A DNA stretch of 64,000 nucleotides, taken from the NCBI GenBank assembly GCA_963835065.1, contig CAWIEK010000053.1, positions 32,001-96,000 of the forward strand. Direction: 5' to 3'. The position numbers were made by a program, and so were the translations under genes. The notes under the pieces were generated by a model. That model was not told the DNA's origin. It searched no databases and saw nothing but the letters and a program-made list of their open reading frames with translations. Source of the DNA: an uncultured Chthonomonadaceae bacterium (GTDB lineage: Bacteria > Armatimonadota > Chthonomonadetes > Chthonomonadales > Chthonomonadaceae). This document shows positions 54,379 through 64,000 of this stretch, in pieces. Position 1 is the stretch's first letter; each line of letters begins with the position of its first letter.

Positions 54379-56393
54379 TCAATTCGGAAAACACCGATAC
54401 ATTTCGATGTTGAGCATCATGCCTACAAACGTCCACAGGCTGGCGATCACGTAATCGCCCAGGATCAGGCCGATGAAGAACGGCAGAAAATGGCGGTAGG
54501 CTTTCATGCCGCCGTAGCGCAGCGTGAGCCACTTCGCCAGCCAGCCCAAAAAGAACGGGAACCACAGCAGGTCAGGGATAAACGTGTTCGCAATCGCGTA
54601 CCCGGCGGGATGGAACGGCCAGTTGGGAAACGAAACGCGGGCGGCATGAAGCAGGAGGGTGACAGCCATCCCACGCCAAGCGCGGTCAGGCCGGGCGTGT
54701 CCGTGCCTACGCGGTTGCCCGTTAAATGGCTGTTGGCGACCTGATACGGGATTTTGCCCATGTTGATGCGCCAGGGGTTGACATGGGCGGTACTGGCTCC
54801 ATAAATGTAATACAGGTGCAGCACCGTCCACGACGCGCAAACGATGCCGACGAGCATTGCCAGAACCATCGCCGCCGTCAAGCGCCGCAGGTGCAGTTTG
54901 CCCTGTTCCGCGACCTTGTAGGCTTCAAACAGGTGCGGCGTGGTGATGGAGCGATAGTCAATGTTGTACCACGTATGGTACGCGAGGACGCTCAGGGACG
55001 ACAGGTTCAGCGACATCGGGCCGAAAATCCGCGTCACCATTTCGGGCGCGGTCACGAACGGCCCGAAGTGCCAGGCGGTTCCCGCTTCCGCCCGTATCCG
55101 CGTCAGGGCCAGCATGTACGCGGCGAACAAAACGAACAGCAGGACAGACGCGCCGAGCGGCAGTCCGCCCCACATCGCAAACGCCACAGCGCAGGCAAAG
55201 CAGAAGAGACAGCCGAACAGCGCCAGGCGGTACGACATGGCTTCGCGCGCATCATCCGACGAGGCGGGATGCAGCGCGCCGCGCGCGACCGAAGCGAGAT
55301 GCCGCCGCGCCATCCACAGCGACAGGGCAGCCAGGCACAGCCACGCGCCCACGCCCTGCTCCTGCATGTACGGCATCCGCGAACTCGCGCTGCTTGCGCC
55401 CGGATCGCGGTAGCCCCACATCACGCACACCACATCCAGCAGTTTGCGCGCCAGATAAAAGAACCAGCACGAAAACGACACGTCCGTAGACAGCAGGTAC
55501 GCCAGGCCGATGGTGTTCGGGTGAAAGGCAAGCGGAAAATACCCCAGCGCGTTCCAGGGCGGCGTTTTAATCATCGCGCCGATGTCGAGCGGGCCGTTGC
55601 CAGTCGGCTTGACGGGAATTTCGGGCAGGTTGGGAAACAGCCAGTGGAGATTGTTGACGGTTTGCAGCAGCACGGGGAGCAGAAATCCGATCAGAAATGC
55701 GCGATTGCGCATTAATCCTGCCAGGCCGCCTGCCTGCGCGGTCATGGCGACGGGCAGAATGGTAATCGGGAAACTCAGCCGCTCATGCTCCACCCACTGC
55801 CGGCGCAAAATCACGGCAAAGCACAGCGTCATCAGCATCAGCAGAAACAGAAAGCCGCCCCACGCGACAATGGGAAAAAACCACGCGCGCAGGTGCGGCC
55901 ACGTATACAGCGTACTGTTGCCCAGATAAAAATCGCGGACGGCGTCGGCATCGCGGGGCGACCACCAGGCGGGAACCGCGTCGGAAAAACGATTCCATTT
56001 GTCGTTTGTAAACCATACAGGGTTGGCAATGGCGGGCGTCAAAAAGCCGATCATGCCGATGCCCGCAAGCGAAGAGCCGACGGCAACCAGCACGTACAGC
56101 GTCGCCATTTCGCCGGGAGAAAGCGCCAGGCGCGGCAGCCGCTTTTCAACCAGCGCGTTTAACCCGGCAACCACAAACACGACAAAAATAACCCCGATGG
56201 GCAGCGCCGTGCAGGTGATTTCCGTTGTAGACGTTTTAATTTCGGAGTACGCGATCCACCAGCACATCACGCCGATCAGCAGCATGGAAAGCGCCACGAC
56301 TCGCCCGCTCACGCTGCGCGGAGCCATTGCTCTCGCAGTCGTTGGCGCCGCATCCGTTTCTTTGCCGGTTTGAGAAGTTGTAGGAAACATCAT
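54379..56393 (-). CDS. Large multi-pass membrane protein (DUF6785/DUF6784-like; frameshift near 54670)
   Basis: RRQWVEHERLSFPI, IGLAYLLSTDVSFSCWFF, TRIRAEAG, WPFHPAGY, PFFIGLILGD. Confidence 0.8.
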
Positions 56394-56559
56394 CCTGCGC
56401 CTTTGCCTGTCAGTGCCTTTGCCTCTTTGTTCCCTCCGACACCCGCAAAATCCTGCTTGAATACATTTACGCAGGAAATACCGCCCGAAAACGCGAAACA
56501 AAACGTAGATTAGGGCGTGAGTAGGGTTTTAGGGTTTTAGGCGGGTGAAGGCAGGGGAT

Positions 56560-57831
56560 ATGCACACTACAATTTTAGAGGCAAGCGTTGCGTTTGTGCC
56601 GCAGACATTGCGCGTTCCTATGCGCCTGAGTTCCGGCGTGATTACCGAAATCACCGAAGCGCAGGCGTCTGTTACCGTAGAAGTGGAAGGCCGGCGCGGA
56701 ACAGGGCGGGGAAGTATTTACCTCAGCGACGTATGGGCGTGGCCTGACCCGGCTAAGACCCATGCGCAGCGCGATGCGGCCATGCGCGCGCTGTGTACAC
56801 AAATCGCCGACAATCTGAAGGAACGCTGCGGAAACGAAGCCGCGCACCCGACCGAATTGGGATTGCGCCTCCACGCGAGTTTACAGCAGGAAACCGACTC
56901 GCCCGTGCGGACCATTCTGGCGCGTATTATGTGCGGCAGCCCGTTCGATGCCGCCCTGCACGACGCCGTTGGGATTGCGCTGAACCGTTCCGCCTTTTCG
57001 TTCTATGACGATGCCGATTCTGCTGCCTTCCGCCGATGCTTATTTTCCCGAAACGGGCGCGTGTCGAGCGATTGTCGAAACCCTGCGCCCGCCCCAAACC
57101 CAATTCGATGCCTGGCTGTGCGTGAGCAAGGACGACACACTGGAAGGGGATGTCGCGCCCTGGATACGGGAACGCGGCTATCGCTGCTTCAAACTGAAAC
57201 TAATGGGCAAGGACAGCGCTGCCGATGCCGCCCGCACTGTAGCAGGTATATCATGGCGTACAGGCGTTGGGAGCCGTTCACCCGCGCCTGTCGGTTGACA
57301 GCAACGAGGGCAACCCCGACGCGGCCAGCGTACAGGAGTATCTCGAACGCCTGCAAGCCGACGCCCCGGACGTGTTCGACAAATTGGAGTATCTGGAACA
57401 GCCCACAAGCCGCGACATTCTGAATGTGCCGCAAAACTGGCAGGGCGTTACAAAATTAAAGCCCGTGATTCTGGACGAAGGCTTGACGGGCATGGAATTG
57501 TTAAGCGCGGTGCAAGCGCAGGGGTGGAGCGGCATCGCCATCAAGACGTGCAAGGGGCATAGTTTCTCGCTGGTCGCGGCGGCGTGGGCGCGGCAGAATG
57601 GCCTTCTGGTCGCCTTGCAGGATTTGACCAATCCGGGATTGGCGGCCATTCATTCCCTCCTTGTCGCCGCACACATTCCCACGCTCAACGGCATTGAGTT
57701 AAACTCGCCCCAGTACACGCCGGACGCCAACGCTGATTGGCTGCCCCGCTTGCAGCCCCTCCTTGCCCCAACGGATGGAACCCACCGCCTGCCCGATGCT
57801 CTGCCGGTCGGTCTTTGGCTCGATGTTGTAA
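56560..57831 (+). CDS. Enolase-superfamily (mandelate racemase-like) protein (frameshifts near 57020, 57250, 57812)
   Basis: SPFDAALHDA, FKLKL, VDSNE, YLEQP, ILDEG, IAIKTCKG, QDLTN, IELN. Confidence 0.82.
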
Positions 57832-57893
57832 ACGCTTGCGGTGAGCCGGGGATTTTCAGTACCCGGCAACAGCACTATAAAGTTGGTAACGCC

Positions 57894-58919
57894 ATGAACA
57901 TAATTCCCGATGAGGAAACGCTGGAAGACCTGCTCAGCGCGCCGACGCCTGCCGTTGTGGAAACAATGCGCAATTTGGAAGGCGATATTTTGGTGTTGGG
58001 CGTGGGCGGCAAAATGGGGCCGACGCTGGCGCGTATGGCAAAACGGGCGTCGGAGCAGGCGGGCGTGAACCGGCGCGTTATCGGCGTGTCGCGTTTTGGC
58101 GCGGAGGGGCTGGAAGCGAAACTAAATTCCCATGATGTGGAAACCATTCGATGTGACCTGCTCGATGCCGCCGCCTTAGCGCGCCTGCCGGACGCGCCCA
58201 ATATCGTTTACATGGCGGGAATGAAGTTCGGCGCAACGGGTAATGAAGCCCTGACGTGGGCGATGAACAGCTACCTGCCCGGAATGGTCTGCCAGAAGTT
58301 CAGGCACAGCCGGATTGCGGCGTTTTCTACCGGCAACGTGTACGGGCTGACGCCGCTGCATTGGGGCGGCTCCCTCGAAACGGATGCCTGCGCCCCGGTT
58401 GGCGATTACGCGATGAGCTGTCTGGGACGCGAGCGCATTTTCGCGCATTTCAGTCAAACGCTGCAAATTCCTGTCGCGCTGATCCGCCTGAACTACGCGG
58501 TGGAAATGCGCTACGGCGTTTTGGTGGATGTGGCGCAGCGGGTTTGGGCGGGGGAGCCGGTCAATGTGGGCATGGGAATGGCAAACGTGATCTGGCAGGG
58601 GGATGCCAACGCGCACAGCCTGCTTGCCCTCGGCCATTGCGCCTCTCCGCCGTTTGTCCTGAACGTCTCCGGCCCCGAAACTCTGAGCATCCGGCGCATT
58701 GCGGAACAATTCGGCCAACTATTCGGCAAGCCGCCGCGCTTCGAGGGCGAGGAAGCCGCGCAAGCCCTGTTAAGCAACGCCCAATTGTCGCATCGCTTGT
58801 TCGGCTATCCCCATGTTCCCGTCCAGCAAATCCTGCAATGGACGGCAGATTGGGTACAGCGCAATGGCCCTACCCTGAACAAACCCACGCATTTTGAAGC
58901 GCGCGACGGCAAGTTTTGA
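57894..58919 (+). CDS. NAD-dependent epimerase/dehydratase
   Basis: LGVGGKMG, MAGMKFG, FSTGNVYG, YAMSCLGRE, RLNYA. The ORF-track fusion to the upstream gene is probably an indel artefact. Confidence 0.9.
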   Translation: MNIIPDEETLEDLLSAPTPAVVETMRNLEGDILVLGVGGKMGPTLARMAKRASEQAGVNRRVIGVSRFGAEGLEAKLNSHDVETIRCDLLDAAALARLPDAPNIVYMAGMKFGATGNEALTWAMNSYLPGMVCQKFRHSRIAAFSTGNVYGLTPLHWGGSLETDACAPVGDYAMSCLGRERIFAHFSQTLQIPVALIRLNYAVEMRYGVLVDVAQRVWAGEPVNVGMGMANVIWQGDANAHSLLALGHCASPPFVLNVSGPETLSIRRIAEQFGQLFGKPPRFEGEEAAQALLSNAQLSHRLFGYPHVPVQQILQWTADWVQRNGPTLNKPTHFEARDGKF

Positions 58920-58925
58920 GTCAAT

Positions 58926-58974
58926 CATAAGGTGTTGGCATCAATTAAGATTCTATTGATGCCAACACCTTATG
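58926..58974. terminator. Hairpin between convergent genes
   Basis: CATAAGGTGTTGGCATCAAT...ATTGATGCCAACACCTTATG, 20-bp perfect arms. Confidence 0.75.
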
Positions 58975-59000
58975 TCTGACCCTGATTCGGTTCATCGAAC

Positions 59001-59774
59001 TTACTGGCTGGAAGCGGGCGAATCGTCCGGGGACGGGAGCGTATCGCCCGTAGCGGGTTCTTCCAGAATCACGCGGGAGGCAATCTGCTCTTCGCCGGGA
59101 ACGGGCGGCAGCTTGGACAGGTCGAGGCGGCGCGCGCCGTACCAGTGGTTTTTGTGGTAGCCCTCATCCAGTCGGCTGAGAATGACGCCCGTGCGGGCGC
59201 TGGCGGCATGGATAAACCAGCCGTCGCCCACAAAAATGCCGACGTGCGACAGGCCGCGCTTGTAGGTGTTCTTGAAGAAAACCAGATCGCCGGGCTGAAG
59301 GTCGCTTTTGGCGACGGGAACGCCCTTGTTGACTTGTTCGCTGGCGCAGCGCGGGAGGTAAATACCCCATTTGGCGTACACGTACTGCACCAGACCGGAG
59401 CAGTCGAAGCCGCGCTTGGGCGAGGTTCCGCCCCAGACGTAGGGCAGGCCCTTAAACTGCTGCGCGGTGCGGGTGATGTTCATGCCGCGCGACGCCAGCG
59501 CGCTGCCGGTTCCCCGGTCCACCATGCCGCTGCGGTCAATGCCGCCACTGCGGTCAATAGCGCCGCCGCGATCCGGTGTGCTGGAAACGGAAGCCGGATT
59601 GGAAGCATCCGCTTTAGAAGCGGGAGCGGGCGCAGGTTTATGCGCGGCAGTCTTGGCGTGTTTGGCCTTCTGGTCAGCATGGACGAGCAGGGGGAACGTG
59701 GCTGAGGTACAGACAAGGGCGCTTATGGCGCAAAGCAGGGAGACGCTTTTGCGCCGGGTATTGGAAATAAGCAA
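59001..59774 (-). CDS. NlpC/P60 (C40) peptidoglycan peptidase
   Basis: Signal peptide, PYVWGG, FDCSGLV, QPGDLVFF, SHVGI, FIHA. Confidence 0.95.
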   Translation of the reverse strand: MLISNTRRKSVSLLCAISALVCTSATFPLLVHADQKAKHAKTAAHKPAPAPASKADASNPASVSSTPDRGGAIDRSGGIDRSGMVDRGTGSALASRGMNITRTAQQFKGLPYVWGGTSPKRGFDCSGLVQYVYAKWGIYLPRCASEQVNKGVPVAKSDLQPGDLVFFKNTYKRGLSHVGIFVGDGWFIHAASARTGVILSRLDEGYHKNHWYGARRLDLSKLPPVPGEEQIASRVILEEPATGDTLPSPDDSPASSQ

Positions 59775-60133
59775 GGTTCGTTTTTGCCTCTCTTTCTAGT
59801 AGATCATTTCGGGTCGCCGCGAGTGTTCGCTTCTACCTTGAAGCGGGATCGTCCTCGATCCCTCCGTGCGGCGCTATAGGCTACTAGCTTCCACCATCAG
59901 GGGCAAAAACCGTTACAGCAGACTAAACTCTTCCGGCCAGCATACGCCGGAATACTTAGCAGACTCTATTATAACCGCATTGTTTCGGTTTTTCCACCTC
60001 TTTTCTGTGATATTTTTCACATCGCTTACTGCCCGCCTGCCTCCAATCAGGGTAAATCTGTACAAGACGGTTCTTTTATGGCACAATAAATCAACGGATA
60101 CTGTTCCCAACTTCAAGAGGAGATGCCGCGATC

Positions 60134-60436
60134 ATGGAAACAACGATTGAAACAACTCTCAAGCCGGATACCGATGAAACGCTTGATGCAATCCCTGTCA
60201 CGCCGTTGTCAGCCGCGGAAAACGAACAGGAGTCGTCAAGCGATACTGCCGCTGTCTCGCCTGCGCCTTTGTTGCGCGGACAACAAAGGCCGACACCTAT
60301 CGGTCCGCCCATTCCGAACCATCCGCTTGCCCCATTATTAGGTTCATTCAATGATGAGCCTCTGTGGGACGAGTGGCAGGAAGCGATTCGCGTGTACCGT
60401 CAGCGCATGAATGAACAACAGGATGACGAGGAATGA
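60134..60436 (+). CDS. Putative antitoxin
   Basis: GAGGAG RBS, LGSFNDEPLWDEWQEAI, ATGA overlap with the PIN gene. Confidence 0.72.
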   Translation: METTIETTLKPDTDETLDAIPVTPLSAAENEQESSSDTAAVSPAPLLRGQQRPTPIGPPIPNHPLAPLLGSFNDEPLWDEWQEAIRVYRQRMNEQQDDEE

Positions 60437-60867
60437 CGCCAGGCTATGTTCTCGATTCAGATGTAGCTTCCCTGCTCACACATTATCCGAATCAACAGCC
60501 GCATCTTGTTCAAAAGGTTTCCGCAATGCCAATCCAACAGATGTGGATCAGCATTGTAACTATCGAGGAAGCGATAAAGGGCGCGTTTGCCCTCATCAAC
60601 AACCCGAAAATGCCCACAGCGCAGATACAATCCTGCGAACTCTTACGCCGCATCATGCAGGAGTATTCTCGCTTCCGTATTTTGCCCTATGATGCAACGG
60701 CGCAGCAGGTATACAAGAATATGACGGCGGCGGAAAAGCGCGTAGGCACGAACGACTGCAAAATTGCCGCCATTGCCATGTCGCGCAACTTTGTCGTGGT
60801 CACGCGCAATGTAAGAGACTTTACCCGCATCAACGGCGTCGTTTTTGAAGATTGGACGCAGCCGTAA
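60433..60867 (+). CDS. vapC: PIN-domain VapC toxin
   Basis: YVLDSD, TIEE, GTNDCKIAAIA, VTRNVRDF, EDW. Confidence 0.92.
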   Translation: MTPGYVLDSDVASLLTHYPNQQPHLVQKVSAMPIQQMWISIVTIEEAIKGAFALINNPKMPTAQIQSCELLRRIMQEYSRFRILPYDATAQQVYKNMTAAEKRVGTNDCKIAAIAMSRNFVVVTRNVRDFTRINGVVFEDWTQP

Positions 60868-60893
60868 TCGGATGTACAAACGTCATCTGAGAG

Positions 60894-60936
60894 AAACCAC
60901 CCCTTGCAAGAGATTGTCTCTCGCAAGGGGTGTTTT
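60894..60936 (+). terminator. Intrinsic terminator
   Basis: CACCCCTTGCAAGAGA...TCTCTCGCAAGGGGTG followed by TTTT. Confidence 0.75.
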
Positions 60937-61014
60937 GACATAATAGTTTAGCCCCATCTCGAATCAGAGCCTCTCCCCTCTTCCAGGCTTTTTGGGAGAG
61001 GGCGGGGGTGAGGG

Positions 61015-61239
61015 CTACTCGGTCAGGACAATTCCGCGTGTCGTTTTATCCGTGTGAGCAACGCCATTATTAGCGGCTTTGTCATCGCCATAAATAACGC
61101 CTTTGCTATTGGCGCTGACGGCGCTTGTACCGCCGCCGCAGCCGGCCAGCAATCCGGCCAGCAGGCAGCCCAGGAGAAGAAGCATCGCGCCGCGCGCAGT
61201 GCGGGGACTCGGCGCGGAAGAACGAAGAATGCGAGTCAT
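61015..61239 (-). CDS. Small lipoprotein
   Basis: AAGGAG RBS and LAGC lipobox. Confidence 0.7.
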   Translation of the reverse strand: MTRILRSSAPSPRTARGAMLLLLGCLLAGLLAGCGGGTSAVSANSKGVIYGDDKAANNGVAHTDKTTRGIVLTE

Positions 61240-61350
61240 ATCGGTCTCCTTCCAGAAACAGTTTGTCGCTTGGGCGGCGTTGAGGGGAAACAGCACGCCT
61301 TTCGTATTCTCCCTGCCCGGCGCAAATACCTGCGTCCGTAAGAACTATTT

Positions 61351-61552
61351 TTTCTACCCTCATCCGGCCTCCGGCCACCTTCTCCCTGCAAGGGAGAAGG
61401 CGAAACTAATCAATGGGCGGTTGAACGGGAGATGACGAAGCCTCTAAGCAATCTATAAGTATTCACAAAATCTCTGACCAACCCGCCCGATAAACAAATT
61501 AGCCTTCTCCCTTGCAGGGAGAAGGTGGCCGGAGGCCGGATGAGGGTAGAAA
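61351..61552. repeat. MITE/REP-like element with perfect 51-bp inverted arms
   Basis: 61351-61401 is the exact reverse complement of 61502-61552. Each arm contains a CCTTCTCCC..GGGAGAAGG hairpin. Related single hairpins at 45341-45373 and 60969-61014. Confidence 0.9.
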
Positions 61553-61656
61553 CTTCCGCTTTACCGTGACGTAAATAGTGACGCGGGAGGAATGAAAGGC
61601 GTCTGCGTCGAATAACAGGCACAATAATCCAATGTTTCGCAAGGAGAACCCGACCC

Positions 61657-63732
61657 GTGACCACCGATGCAACGCCGCAACTTAATCCCAATAGTAATGC
61701 CGATGCGCAACAGCCGCAGGCATTTCCGCCACCGCCCGATTTTGCGCGACAGGCTAATGCCAACAATTCCGATATTTACGAACTCGCCAATCAGGACACG
61801 GAAACATTTTGGGCCGAGTGCGCCCGCGAATTGACGTGGATTACGCCGTTTCAAAGCGTTCTGGAATGGAACCCGCCTCATGCCCGCTGGTTTGCCGACG
61901 GTCAACTCAACGTCAGCGCGAACTGCGTGGATCGGCATTTGCAGGCGCGAAGTGACAGGCGGGCTATCGTGTGGGAGGGAGAACCCGGCGAAGTCCGAAC
62001 CCTGACGTTTGCTGAACTGTCGCAGGACGTGAACAAATTCGCTAACGTGCTGAAAAGCCTGGGCGTACAAAAGGGAGACCGCGTGACTCTGTACATGCCG
62101 ATGGTTCCCGAAGCCGCGATTGCGATGCTGGCTTGTACGCGCATCGGCGCTCCTCATTCCGTCGTGTTCGGCGGCTTTTCCGCCGAAGCGTTGCGCGAAC
62201 GTACCATTGACTGCGGCTCCAAAGTGATTATCACGGCGGATGGCTACTGGCGGCGCGGCGGCATCGTGCCCCTCAAGCAGACAACGGACGAGGCGGCAGA
62301 AGCCTGCCCAACCGTAGAAAAGATCGTCGTCCTGAAACGCATCGGCGAACAGGCCAATGCCACGATGCAGTCCGGCCGCGACCTGTGGTGGCACGACCTG
62401 ATGGCAGACGCTTCCCCTGACTGCCCGCCCGAACCCATGAACGCGGAAGACCCGCTTTTCATTCTCTACACCTCCGGCAGTACCGGCAAGCCCAAAGGCA
62501 TCCTGCACACAACCGGCGGCTACCTGACCGGCGCTTACATCACCACCAAACTGATCTTCGACATCAAAGACACCGACCTCTACTGGTGTACGGCTGACAT
62601 CGGCTGGATTACCGGCCACTCCTATGTCGTCTACGGCCCCCTTGCCAACGGCGCGACGGTTTTCATGTACGAAGGTTCGCCGGATTGGGGAAAAAGCAAG
62701 GATGAAGGCGGAAGGATGAAGGATGAAAAACAAACTCCTGATTCATCCTTCATCCTTCATCCTTCATCCTTTCAAGATCGTGGGCGTTTCTGGGACATGA
62801 TCGAACAGCATAAGATTACCATTTTGTACACCGCGCCGACGTTGATACGCTCGTGTATGAAGTGGGGAGATGAGTTCCCACACGCGCATGATTTGTCGAG
62901 TCTGCGGCTTTTGGGAAGCGTGGGCGAACCGATCAACCCGGAAGCGTGGCTGTGGTATCACGAGCATATTGGGAACGGCAAATGCCCGATTGTGGATACG
63001 TGGTGGCAGACGGAAACGGGCGCAATTATGATAACGCCCCTGCCCGGCCTGACCACAACGTACCCCGGCAGCGCAACCCGCCCGTTCCCCGGCATTGAGG
63101 CGGATGTGGTGGACGAGAAGGGCAACCCGGTTCCTAATGGGAAAAATGGAATCTTAGTGATTCGTAAGCCCTGGCCGTCCATGCTGCGAACGCTGTGGAG
63201 CAACGATGAGCGGTACAAACAGGTGTATTGGAGCAAGTTCCCCGGCCTGTACTTCCCCGGCGACGGAGCCATGCGGGACGCGGACGGCAATTTCTGGCTG
63301 TTAGGCCGCGTGGACGATATCATACTTGTCGCAGGTCATAACATTAGTACGATGGAAATGGAAAGCGCGCTCGTAGAGCATCCCGCTGTGGCCGAGGCGG
63401 CAGTTGTCGGCAAAACGCACAAGGAGAAATGGCAAGTCCCCATCGCCTTCGTCGTTATCCGCGAAGCCCACGCGCCCGACAAAGACGACAAAGCCGCTCT
63501 CAAAGCCCTGAGCAGCGAACTGAAAGCGTTCGTGGCAACCAAACTCGGCGCGATCTTCCGCCCCGACGACGTGATCTTAACCGCCGATCTGCCCAAAACC
63601 CGCAGCGGCAAAATCATGCGCAGATTGCTGCGCGACATTGCCGAAGGCCGCGTCATGGGCGACACCACCACCCTCGCCGACCCCAACATCATCGCCAGCC
63701 TCAAAGACAAGTACGCCGACGAGGAAAATTGA
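61657..63732 (+). CDS. acs: Acetyl-CoA synthetase with a repeat-derived in-frame insertion
   Basis: [42 protein letters not shown]. Confidence 0.97.
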   Translation: MTTDATPQLNPNSNADAQQPQAFPPPPDFARQANANNSDIYELANQDTETFWAECARELTWITPFQSVLEWNPPHARWFADGQLNVSANCVDRHLQARSDRRAIVWEGEPGEVRTLTFAELSQDVNKFANVLKSLGVQKGDRVTLYMPMVPEAAIAMLACTRIGAPHSVVFGGFSAEALRERTIDCGSKVIITADGYWRRGGIVPLKQTTDEAAEACPTVEKIVVLKRIGEQANATMQSGRDLWWHDLMADASPDCPPEPMNAEDPLFILYTSGSTGKPKGILHTTGGYLTGAYITTKLIFDIKDTDLYWCTADIGWITGHSYVVYGPLANGATVFMYEGSPDWGKSKDEGGRMKDEKQTPDSSFILHPSSFQDRGRFWDMIEQHKITILYTAPTLIRSCMKWGDEFPHAHDLSSLRLLGSVGEPINPEAWLWYHEHIGNGKCPIVDTWWQTETGAIMITPLPGLTTTYPGSATRPFPGIEADVVDEKGNPVPNGKNGILVIRKPWPSMLRTLWSNDERYKQVYWSKFPGLYFPGDGAMRDADGNFWLLGRVDDIILVAGHNISTMEMESALVEHPAVAEAAVVGKTHKEKWQVPIAFVVIREAHAPDKDDKAALKALSSELKAFVATKLGAIFRPDDVILTADLPKTRSGKIMRRLLRDIAEGRVMGDTTTLADPNIIASLKDKYADEEN

Positions 63733-63752
63733 AGGGCACAAATTAGATTACT

Positions 63753-64000
63753 ATGCGAAAGCGTCTGCGCAAAAAACTGCATCGAAGTGAGTTTCAGGAG
63801 TTCGGCTTTCTGATTGTATGGCAGTTCCATGCGCGGCAATCCGAGCCGCAACTGGATACGTTTATGGACGCGCTGATTGCGGTCATTGAAGAAAGAGGCT
63901 TGACGCTGGGCGGCGGAACGGATGCGGCGTCAGGTTCGGGGTTCGTGTGCCGCGCCAAACGCGGTTCCGCGCAGGAAGCAGACCGCGCCCATCTCGAAAG
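63753..64000 (+). CDS. yggL: YggL/DUF469 50S-binding family protein (partial, runs off the window)
   Basis: MRKRLRKKLHRSEFQEFGF...LDTFMDALI..IEERGL.LGGG. Confidence 0.85.
   Translation, partial: MRKRLRKKLHRSEFQEFGFLIVWQFHARQSEPQLDTFMDALIAVIEERGLTLGGGTDAASGSGFVCRAKRGSAQEADRAHLE

Noticed and set aside
57267..58919. Enolase-epimerase fusion protein (550-aa ORF)
   Set aside because: Removing one base near 57812 gives a GLGSML* stop, and the epimerase has its own ATG at 57894. Likely an indel artefact.
59515..59575. 18-bp repeats in the NlpC/P60 linker (DRxGGI-like x4)
   Set aside because: Ordinary low-complexity linker repeat with a period divisible by three, unrelated to the mini-element units.

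Overview
GC-rich bacterial chromosome segment. Armatimonadota-like is my inference, from a prepilin/DUF1559 protein with an H-X9-DG tail and a DUF6785-type membrane protein. About 25 apparent frameshifts fall in ordinary genes, including ileS, so this is probably an unpolished long-read assembly and frameshifts alone are not treated as pseudogenisation. Core content: ileS (5' part), mreBCD, a leucine-catabolism cluster (mccB, liuC, split mccA, HMG-CoA lyase), thiolase, acyl-CoA dehydrogenase, lnt, Mrp/ApbC, tRNA-Leu(TAG), tRNA-Gly(GCC), NlpC/P60, acs and yggL. Accessory content: three PIN toxin-antitoxin pairs, a retropepsin pair, a class III cyclase-NB-ARC-TPR (NLR-like) gene with non-canonical base-specificity residues, a Septu-like AAA+HNH pair after mreD, a type III-like R-M system whose mod gene is broken by an IS5 element plus a deletion, XisI with an XisH remnant, and an IS605-family tnpB element. 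The most striking unexplained signal is a large set of 7-, 8- and 9-nt tandem-repeat mini-elements. They are often inverted pairs, sometimes nested, and sit at gene boundaries and in frame inside ileS, res, mccA, a prepilin and acs. Also unexplained are a ~330-bp duplicated non-coding element carrying a conserved 8-codon mini-ORF and several candidate structured leader RNAs.
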